The notes beneath the pieces are model-generated. The model saw only the letters and a program-made list of their open reading frames with translations, did not search any database and was not told the DNA's origin. A stretch of 64,000 nt of DNA from IMG/VR virus record IMGVR_UViG_3300023314_000001, positions 1 through 64,000 of that record. One strand, written 5' to 3'. The translations under genes and the position numbers were made by a program. The stretch is from a virus. Positions 52,601 to 60,600 of the stretch are shown here, in pieces. The number at the start of each line of letters is the position of its first letter. Position 1 is the first letter of the stretch.

Positions 52601-52884
52601 ATGATAAATCATTACAAGTCGTAAACTGCTATACTAAAGTGAATGGAATTATTAATGACGCTACAACAAGTATAACATTTCCTAATATTACACCATATTC
52701 TTCAAAATCGTATTTTGTAAACAATATAGGTATTAAAAACAGCAATAACATGCCTTATGGTATTAGTACTGCAAATATGCAAACTTATGCAAATGATACT
52801 GACGCGGCTTCTGGTGGAATAGTTGCTGTAGGAGACACTTATATAGAAACTTTAACTGGATATTTTAAAAAGAGGCTTACATAA
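49666..52884 (+). CDS. large tail fibre or tailspike-like protein
   Basis: 1072 aa. RANHTGTQAISTVVNLQSSLDSKLDK is a motif common in phage fibres, and a long N/S/T/I-rich region suggests a beta-helix. Confidence 0.65.
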   Translation: MAKEVKNYKLKALPTKPIPDAILYIKADGDSAISTYITDINGIPYPLKDDASSGGVQSVFNIDGTISVIGTTDVKVSIQSSILSTINSALQPGDLPNTKAEFNSQLSDGDFLFVGDVIPYTDEEAQNAVGNIFIDSNTIDITYDDLTPSISAIVKPNSITPTELADNINLTEFVNNAGFENTSQLNTRDTNNRNRANHTGTQAISTVVNLQSSLDSKLDKGGYIGTAQTLSDAIDAIFVPDQLISAIAPTRSVNTFTYPALGYTALINKTLRTNPAQFVTTITATSTTNHKRVDLIYFKSNNTLDKLIGTEDLISAPRPDVPAGSVGVSFINVFGNVIETPTPITNEISIQDTLGVEKFTITDYIRFRGVGFDLSTKQINIESLVPFTVFIDTVNGDDFTGQIENKSRPFKTDSAAYNSLPTDDGTDWTISYIDLNVTRQMSVIPNRNIIIECNNTGIFDFSGISSGFISSMSSDKKFTFNAPNCEFRFINNALSSAVYFTSGILELNINCTLLNIQANGVFDGNFFVSSKTSIEISTIRMNYVAKLFCPLNSSSVLDANIDRLEIFKGTLSLFYNNYIVINTLYSTITGRSLIYNQFSPSMFDITVRGIDQNSSGELYFVSGVGTGVLKLYDFKIPNLLDLICTGKNFYTEGNLTTDSKPITIIDGACNFKLRNFSGKLPLLQFSVDTSVVWVLENSVINVPATFIDAQNIPNKGDIDFKIFNSVITQDTPSQIFKNVNSTGNNFKITQTGSFATNATSIGRNVSLIFSSLTFKEKKNEIIVRDKIDIINKVLSSSIKYIIDGDLVLVSGEYIQVPITGLDLGGYGFDTSSISKNISGQSIFISPAGNSGNFVTKDISYFPGQGTVFNLVDSNGTHAIELNDVNFQGVSGSSLGTLSGYRQFTGTTCGFYGLSDGMTLEGNWSGFKLTNSNIIGFGSSGTLFKKGTSTLFSNRFYIDLNIQISTGSVICDFLDINFTNDKSLQVVNCYTKVNGIINDATTSITFPNITPYSSKSYFVNNIGIKNSNNMPYGISTANMQTYANDTDAASGGIVAVGDTYIETLTGYFKKRLT

Positions 52885-52897
52885 TAAAAATAAAACA

Positions 52898-53347
52898 ATG
52901 GCAAAAAATTGCGGAAATAAAATAAGTAATACATGTGGGGCAAGAAAAAATTCAGCGTGTATAGACTTCGAAGGAACTCCTAACTCACAATCAGAATTAG
53001 TAGAAGAAACATGTTTAGATCAAGAACAAGTAACTCAGGATTTATACGACCAAGTAGGAGAAATAAAGACCGAAATAGATTTATCAGCTTTGGGAGAGTT
53101 ATGTCTTTCATATACACTCGAAGAAGGAAAAGTAATTGTAAAAAATGTTTTAGCTAAATTTGAGGAAGTCATTTGTGGCCTGCAAGAAAGAATAGCAGAA
53201 CTAGAAACAGAACCTATTTGTTCAAAACCAATTGGAGAATGTATAGATGTAATAGGTTGTTTGGTTGATCCATGTGATAATTCTATTTTAACATTAGGAG
53301 ATTGGATGAAAATAGTAGCAGAAAAAATTTGTATAAATAATGGATAA
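52898..53347 (+). CDS. Cys-rich structural protein (paralogous N-terminal module 1)
   Basis: 149 aa, 12 Cys by eye, with a central coiled coil (LQERIAELE). Confidence 0.55.
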   Translation: MAKNCGNKISNTCGARKNSACIDFEGTPNSQSELVEETCLDQEQVTQDLYDQVGEIKTEIDLSALGELCLSYTLEEGKVIVKNVLAKFEEVICGLQERIAELETEPICSKPIGECIDVIGCLVDPCDNSILTLGDWMKIVAEKICINNG

Positions 53348-53356
53348 TTTAAAAAT

Positions 53357-53602
53357 ATGAGCTGTCAAGAGTCAATAATACCTGTTTTAATAGAAGATGA
53401 GTGCCACGGAGAAAACATAAGTACTACTTGTGTCATTAAATCCGCCGCTATAACATACTTATCACTACCTCCAAACTCGACATTAACAGAAATATTAGAT
53501 GCTTATTTACTTTCATTAGTAGATGCAAGAAATAGAATACTAGTTTTAGAAGCGCAAGGAGCAAACTTTGAAACAAGAATAACCGCGTTAGAGAACGCAT
53601 AA
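53357..53602 (+). CDS. small Cys-containing coiled-coil protein (module 2)
   Basis: 81 aa. STTCVIKSAAI ... LTEILDAYLLSLVDARNRILVLE parallels the neighbouring proteins. Confidence 0.55.
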   Translation: MSCQESIIPVLIEDECHGENISTTCVIKSAAITYLSLPPNSTLTEILDAYLLSLVDARNRILVLEAQGANFETRITALENA

Positions 53603-53614
53603 CAATAATAATTT

Positions 53615-55048
53615 ATGTGCACTAATTGCCAAAAAAATAATTGTGGATGTCAACCAGAGCCTACATTCAGTCTTTGTAATCCACTTTGTCCTCCAGAACC
53701 TTGTACATGCCCAGTTGTAGATTTGTCAACAGATTGTATTGTTTTGGCACAGGATTTAGAATGTTCTGGTGTCTTAGCAGGAACAGTTTTTACAGAGGCT
53801 GTGCAACAGCTTGACGAGTACATTTGTACAGCTATTGCAGAACTAATCGCATCTATTAATTTAATTAATGTAGGAACAGGGGCTCAAATATATAAAGGTG
53901 TTGATGGAATCGGACGAAAAGAGTTAAAAACAATAACATCTGATGGATCAATTGTAATTACTCCAAGTACTAATGAAATACAGTTATCCGTTTCTTTACC
54001 TGAACTACAAGATTTACAAAGTGTATTGGATACTGGTAATACTGCTACTCAAGGAACTACTGGTTCATATGAAATGACAGATCAATATTTTAAAGCTTCA
54101 ATAACTATAAATCCAGGTGCAAATATGCAAACTGGAGGATTTGATGTTGGAGGAAATGTTGTTCAAATGGGAGGTTCTTATGGTCACGATGGTATTTTTG
54201 ATATCGGAAGTGTAACATTAAGTGGTGGTATTCTTGAATTAAGACAACAGATTGATTTTGCTAATAATAAAAAAATTAGAGTGGGATTTGAAACTCCTCT
54301 ATATAATGATGTCAATTTATTATTTCCAAATGGAACAGGATCAGGAACAAGAGTATTAGCAACTGTAGATCAAATACCAACAATTGATGGGAGCGAAACC
54401 AAGATATCTAATGGAACAAATACTACAGTTACAGGTAATGGTACAATTGCAACTCCATACCAAATTGCAGTTAATGGCTCCGAAACCAAAGTAAATGCAG
54501 GAACTAATGTAACAATAACAGGAAATGGAACTACAGCGACTCCTTACATAATTAATTCAATTGCCACAGGAGCTTCTACGGTAATAAATGCAGGAACGAA
54601 TATTTCAGTTACAGGTGCGGGAACATCGGGATCACCATTTGTAATAAGTAACACACAAGTTATAGATGGATCTGAAACCAAATTAAATAGCGGGATAACT
54701 ACAGTAGTGACAGGAAACGGAACTACTGCAACTCCATATACTGTAGAAACAGTTAACTTACAAAAAGCAATAACTGCAAATTACACTGTATTGGCCGCAG
54801 ATAACAACTATAGTATTAAAATTAATAATGGAGCAACACCAATCACAATTACAGTTCCAGCAGGGTTACCTTTAAACTTCTTTGCAGGGTTTACCCAAAA
54901 AGGAACAGCCGACGTAACATTTGTAGGATCTGGAACAACTATAACTAATCCAATTGGTTTAAAAATTAAAGGCCAAGGTTATGCTGTAGGACTAGAACAA
55001 ATAGGTACAAGTAACTCTTTTGACCTGATTGCTGACACTAAAGCTTAA
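53615..55048 (+). CDS. fibre-like protein with Cys-rich N-terminus (module 3) and four tandem repeats of about 30 aa
   Basis: The N-terminus is MCTNCQKNNCGCQPEPTFSLCNPLCPPEPCTCP. The repeats fit DGSETK-x-N-x-GTN-x-T-x-TGNGT-x-ATPY. Confidence 0.65.
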   Translation: MCTNCQKNNCGCQPEPTFSLCNPLCPPEPCTCPVVDLSTDCIVLAQDLECSGVLAGTVFTEAVQQLDEYICTAIAELIASINLINVGTGAQIYKGVDGIGRKELKTITSDGSIVITPSTNEIQLSVSLPELQDLQSVLDTGNTATQGTTGSYEMTDQYFKASITINPGANMQTGGFDVGGNVVQMGGSYGHDGIFDIGSVTLSGGILELRQQIDFANNKKIRVGFETPLYNDVNLLFPNGTGSGTRVLATVDQIPTIDGSETKISNGTNTTVTGNGTIATPYQIAVNGSETKVNAGTNVTITGNGTTATPYIINSIATGASTVINAGTNISVTGAGTSGSPFVISNTQVIDGSETKLNSGITTVVTGNGTTATPYTVETVNLQKAITANYTVLAADNNYSIKINNGATPITITVPAGLPLNFFAGFTQKGTADVTFVGSGTTITNPIGLKIKGQGYAVGLEQIGTSNSFDLIADTKA

Positions 55049-55051
55049 TAT

Positions 55052-55372
55052 ATGAATAATATAAAAAAACTAATTTTTAAGACTCAAACAGAAAATGAAA
55101 CTCCGCCAGTTAATACATCAGCTTATTATTCAGGAACATATGTGTGTACTGGAGGATTTGTTGATATAAGTTCCCCTATATTAAGAGGGAATATATATTA
55201 TGTAGGAGATTTTGGAGATTTGTCAGTCACAGGTGTATTTACAGATCCTGCTTTAACAATACCAGTTCCCTATACATATATAAGAACTGAAACGACACCT
55301 CGATATTTTATGTTTGTTAATACCACAACAGGTAGTGTGGGGTCAGTGCAAGGAGAAGGGGATACATGTTAA
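55052..55372 (+). CDS. hypothetical protein
   Basis: 106-aa ORF followed by a terminator. Confidence 0.55.
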   Translation: MNNIKKLIFKTQTENETPPVNTSAYYSGTYVCTGGFVDISSPILRGNIYYVGDFGDLSVTGVFTDPALTIPVPYTYIRTETTPRYFMFVNTTTGSVGSVQGEGDTC

Positions 55373-55405
55373 AAATATAGGTTTTTGGTCATCCTATATT
55401 CAACG

Positions 55406-55435
55406 AGGAGGGTAGAAATGCTCTCCTTTTTGTTT
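55406..55435 (+). terminator. rho-independent terminator
   Basis: AGGAGGG(T)-AGAAAT-(G)CTCTCCT forms a 7-8 bp stem including G.T pairs, followed by TTTTGTTT. Confidence 0.75.
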
Positions 55436-55479
55436 AAAATTAAGTAATTTGTTAAAGTAATTAAATATCACTAAATTTG
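55436..55479 (+). promoter_or_regulatory. late promoter copy 4 (AAAATTAAGTAATTTG-N20-TAAATTTG)
   Basis: -33 TTTG at 55448-55451, 20-nt spacer, -7 at 55472-55479, then CAAC and the ATG at 55484 (4-nt spacer). Confidence 0.7.
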
Positions 55480-55483
55480 CAAC

Positions 55484-56149
55484 ATGAGTAATAATGAAAT
55501 CACAGATATTGTACTTGACACATTAAAGGCTAATTCAAAAGATAGCAGAATTAGCAGAAGACTTGTTTTATTTACTTTAGAAAGTAAAGCAAAATTCTAT
55601 ATTAGTCAGAAGTTAAATGATAAAAGCTTATACAGAGAAGCAAATATTTATAAAGAAATACCTTGTGTTAAATTCAAAAGCATTGATATTATAAAATGCC
55701 CAATAGTTGAATTTAAAACTTGCAAAACTTTAATGAGAAGTGTAGATAAAATCCCAGAATTAATTTGGTCTAAGTATGGACACACATTAAAAGAAATTAC
55801 AAGCATTGATGGCTCTTTTACATTTGACCCCATAACTGCCACACAGTACAGAAAGAATCAACAAAGGTCGGGAAAAACAAATAAGAAATACTTTTATGTT
55901 AAAGATGGATATGTTTACATTCCAGATTATGAATTTTACACAGGAAACTTATATCTGATTTCTCAGGACTTATATGAGTTAGAGCAAATATCAGAATGCA
56001 GTGAGAATAAATGCGACTCTGTGTGGGATTTTGAATTTATTTGCCCTAATAAAATGGAAGAAGTGGTGATACAGGATACTTTAAAACAGTTATCTTTAAC
56101 TAAGCAAATTCAAGAAGATACAAATCCGAATTTAAATCCTAATGGCTAA
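55484..56149 (+). CDS. hypothetical structural protein
   Basis: 221-aa ORF behind a late promoter. Confidence 0.6.
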   Translation: MSNNEITDIVLDTLKANSKDSRISRRLVLFTLESKAKFYISQKLNDKSLYREANIYKEIPCVKFKSIDIIKCPIVEFKTCKTLMRSVDKIPELIWSKYGHTLKEITSIDGSFTFDPITATQYRKNQQRSGKTNKKYFYVKDGYVYIPDYEFYTGNLYLISQDLYELEQISECSENKCDSVWDFEFICPNKMEEVVIQDTLKQLSLTKQIQEDTNPNLNPNG

Positions 56150-56738
56150 GAAATATTTAAAAAGAGATGCTGTAAAAAGGGTGTTTAGATGCACTAATCA
56201 TAAAAAACAAATACCCCCTACAAGACAGCTTCCTGAACCTTTGTACGAAGAAAGTACTAAATTTCTAAAATCTGAATTAATATTTTCTCCTAGAGCACAT
56301 AAGTTTTACAGACAGAAAACAAAATATAATAAACGAATAGCTAAACAAAAATTATTCTTTCTAATGCGAGAATGCCTTAAAGAAATTAAGAAAAGGATGT
56401 TAGAAAATGAAGCAGGTGTCTTCATAGAAGGTTTTGGTTATTTTTGTATGATGAGGCATCCAGAGAGAAAAATAAGAAATTTTTATATTGATGGATATGT
56501 AGTAAAAGGTAAATATCTTCAAACTATGGGATGTATGTATAGTCCAGTTTTTATGCCGATAAGAAAAGATAGCTCTATGCAACAATGGACTATGGATAAA
56601 GCATTTGATCAACGACTCATCAACAGTTTAAAAAACAGACTTAGAAAAAAAAGTAAAAAATATAGAATGTCATTTATGTTATTGAATAACTTATATGGCC
56701 GAGAAAATTCTAAAATTGATCCCCCAATATTAAAATGA
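56142..56738 (+). CDS. hypothetical basic protein
   Basis: 198-aa K/R-rich ORF with overlapping junctions. Confidence 0.6.
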   Translation: MAKKYLKRDAVKRVFRCTNHKKQIPPTRQLPEPLYEESTKFLKSELIFSPRAHKFYRQKTKYNKRIAKQKLFFLMRECLKEIKKRMLENEAGVFIEGFGYFCMMRHPERKIRNFYIDGYVVKGKYLQTMGCMYSPVFMPIRKDSSMQQWTMDKAFDQRLINSLKNRLRKKSKKYRMSFMLLNNLYGRENSKIDPPILK

Positions 56739-57604
56739 CAACATTAAAAAATGTACTGGCCGACATAACATCAGATTTAAAAATGTACGATGAAATGGGA
56801 TTGATTGATGACATCTCATTAAAACTATTCTTATTAAATGAACTAAAAGGTTTTGGCGGTAATGTTATGGAAGTATACCCTCATGTATTACAAATTAAAA
56901 ACGGGCAAGCTACTTTACCTGATAACTTTTTTTCGCTTACTAAAGCTGTAAAAACAAATCCAATAGGGTGTGTTCCAGAAGCAGATTGTGACGAGCCAGA
57001 ACTAATAAACAGTTATTTTTATAGAGTTAGAAAAGAAGCCTCTGAGATTTGGGATAATGGGTCAAAAATATTAGAAGGAGATTATAAGTATGTAGAAGAG
57101 AAAACTTATTTTTTTAATAAAGATTTAAAAGCTAATTTTTACTATGGAAATAACACTATTTTAAAATTAGTTCCTGGATTTGATAAAAGTAAATTAGATT
57201 TAAAATGTGAAAATGTGTATGTTAAATCATCACCTTATCATATAAATATTATAAATAATACTTTACAAACAAATTTTTCAAAAGGGTTTATATATATCTG
57301 GTATCAAGGGCTATTAGTTGATGAAGACGAAGAAATTATTTTACCCGAAGACCCAAATAAAAATATTTATAAGTACCTTATTTCCTCAGGAAAAGCAAAA
57401 GTATTTGAATTGGTTTGGGCAAATGACGATGACGCAAACGTACTAACTAAATTACAGTTTTATAAAGGAGAGTCACAAAAAGACAAAACGGCTGCCTTAG
57501 CACAAGTAAGGTTTAATTCTATCACAGGAGAAAATTGGGATGAGGGGTTAAAACAAAGAAGAGATAAGAGATTTAGAAAATTCAATAATTTCGGCAGAGG
57601 TTAA
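56735..57604 (+). CDS. hypothetical structural protein
   Basis: 289-aa ORF. Confidence 0.6.
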   Translation: MTTLKNVLADITSDLKMYDEMGLIDDISLKLFLLNELKGFGGNVMEVYPHVLQIKNGQATLPDNFFSLTKAVKTNPIGCVPEADCDEPELINSYFYRVRKEASEIWDNGSKILEGDYKYVEEKTYFFNKDLKANFYYGNNTILKLVPGFDKSKLDLKCENVYVKSSPYHINIINNTLQTNFSKGFIYIWYQGLLVDEDEEIILPEDPNKNIYKYLISSGKAKVFELVWANDDDANVLTKLQFYKGESQKDKTAALAQVRFNSITGENWDEGLKQRRDKRFRKFNNFGRG

Positions 57605-57626
57605 CAATTAAAAATAAAGTACAGTT

Positions 57627-60600
57627 TTGACTAAACCAGATATAAAATTCAATCAACCTCAAAGAGGATTAAATAGAGATCAATATAATTTAGGAGAAGC
57701 TGATTACTCAACTCTTTTGAATGGCCTTTTTGATGGAATAGATGGAGGAAGTTTCACTTTAACTAATGAAATGTCTAATTTACTTTCCTCTAGATTTAAA
57801 GCAGGATTTAAAGTAATTAATGGTACAAATGATATTTATTCCAACTCAACATATTTCTTTCTGGTAAATCCTACAACAGGTGTGGGAGAATTTGGGCAGA
57901 TAAAAAATGTTCAGCAAATTCAAAATATTGATGACTTACAGAATGATTGCGAAGGATGTGTAAAATACTTTGATTTAGCGGAACCATTAGAAAATATTAC
58001 GCAGACAGAATTAAATACATATGAAACATTACTTAATGATGAGTGTCATATATTAGCTGGGGAACCAGAAAAAGGATTTCAATTTTCCATTAACTCACCG
58101 ATTAAAAAAACAGTTATTAAAAATGAGAAGTGCGGTAAAACAATATACTTCACTGATGACAATACACCTCCTAGATACATAGTATTAGATAATTTACAGC
58201 AATATAAACAAACAGGAGATATTAATTGCGGAGTGGATGAAATAATTCCTACGTGTTTAGACGCAGACAAATTACTTATATTTAAAAGGTATAACTTACC
58301 TGAATTAACTCCAGTTTCAATTGAATTAGGAGGAAGACTTAAATTAGGCACATATGAGTTTTTAATTGCTTATACAGATCAATTAGGCAATGAAATATCA
58401 GAATATACTTCTATAACTAATCCTATTCAAATATTTGACAGAAATAATGTCACTTTAACCCAAGCAGAATTAGGAACACCAACTAATTTTTCTATTAAAC
58501 TTCAAGTTGGAAATTTAGATAAAAGATTTACACATTATAAAATTGCAGTTATTCAAACAACTTTAGAGGATGTTGGAGTGACACGATTTTTCGTAGAAGG
58601 AATCCACAATATAAACGACACTACAGTTATTTATGGAGGGGAACAAAATAAACAAACAATTGAATTATCTGATTTAATTAGAGAAAATTTATATATCCAA
58701 CGTTGGGAATTTTTAACTGAGAGTAATAATTCATTAATAGGGGCGGGAATAACAACTGAAAAAGAAATAAACCTGCAACCTATAGTTAATTTACTAGGAT
58801 CTTTTTTAAAGTGGCAAACACATATAGCTAAAGAAGACTTATATAAAGATGGAGTAAAAGACTCACTGTATTTATCTATCAATAGAGATGAAGTAGTGCC
58901 TTACTCTATAAGATTTTTATTAGAAGGTGGATATAAAACATCTTTATTTCCTTTAATTAATAGAAATGCAAAAGAAAGTGACTTAATAGAAGTGCCTGTC
59001 ACCAACAAAGATAGAGTTTCTATAGAGTCAAATAAAAGTGCTTGTAATTCAACAGACAGAACTAAATATTGGCAATACTATAATACAGCAACTGAAGATG
59101 AAGATTTTTGTTCTTCTGACTCTTTGGAAATAGTTGAAGTACAGGAAGACATTCAAAAAAACTGTGTTTATCAAAATGTTATTACTACGCCAGGCGCAAC
59201 GTTCAGTATAGAAACAACTCAGAATTATGTAGATTTAACAACTTTTATAACTGATACTATTACTAATGGTGATTGCTTAACATATGCAAATTGTCCATCT
59301 CCTTCCGATCCAAATTCTTATCCTTTCTGTAATTATTTTGATATAGACTGTTATACTAATTTAAATTGCACACCAAATTATAATAATTGTGAAGCGCCTA
59401 TATTAGATGATGAAGAATTAATTGTAGGAGCAATTGTGGGAGAATCTGCTACTATGGTGGACGCTATTTTTCCAACAGAATATGTTAAAACAAAACCTCC
59501 GCAAACTTGTACAATTTACGAGTTAGATACAAGCACAGGGAATCCAAAAAGAAATACAGATTTTGAGAATGCTTTTATGCAATGTGTATTGGCAATACCA
59601 CCAAGACCGCGTATTGCATTTTACAGAACTCTTCAATTTGAAAATTTAGAATGCACGTACGCTGATGCAATTGCAGAGATTACACCTACAAGTAGTTTTA
59701 ATCAAGGATATTTTCATGATTATTATGGCGCGTCAACAATAGCAGAATTACAAACAACAAAAGACACAGTTGCTTCAGGGGCAGAATGGACAAATAAACT
59801 ACACAAAGGGGTTTTATGGTTTAAGGGAGATATATTAAGCAGAGATAGATTCGTATTAGAAGTGTCTAAAATAAAAGAACTACAAGACACAGATGATATT
59901 TCAGCAGGAACTAATATCAGGGTTTCGATTTATAATAAATGTAATTCAACAACACCTTTATATTCTAAAGTAGTAGATGCAGGGCAAGGAGAGATGCTAT
60001 TTTTTCAAAAAGCAGATAACTCTTTAGATTGGACTATTACTAATGAAGCAGGAACTTCTACAAATATAGGGCAAATTTCAGGTCAAAACTTTTATGTAGC
60101 TATCGATGCTAAAATCATAAGTCAAGTTAATTGTGACCCAGCAGCAGTATATAGAACAGCACCTTTAAGCGGATGTTTTGCTGTAGTTATTAGAAGTAGA
60201 GAATATTCTAGAATAGATGTAACTTATGAATCTATAAGAATAGATAAAAAACAAACTTACACGGCAACTTGTACATTCAATAAACCTGTTGCAAATTCAT
60301 GTATAGCCACTCCATATAAAAAAGGAGATTTTGCTTATTGGGAAAGTCAAGAGATTTACCCCGATAATACTTCTTTATATGATTCTAGCACCTTAAAAAT
60401 AAAACCTGCGGATATAAACATTTTTCAAAGAGAAAAATTTGAATTAGAATTTGTAGAAGGCACAACTATTTCAGAGGTGTTTATACCTATTTTAGATTCA
60501 GAAGGCAATTACCAGTGGAAGAAAGACAGTGTTGAAAAACCTTTAGTAAATTTTACTTGTAGAAATATAAGACATTTTAAATTTCCTGATAATAAGGTTA

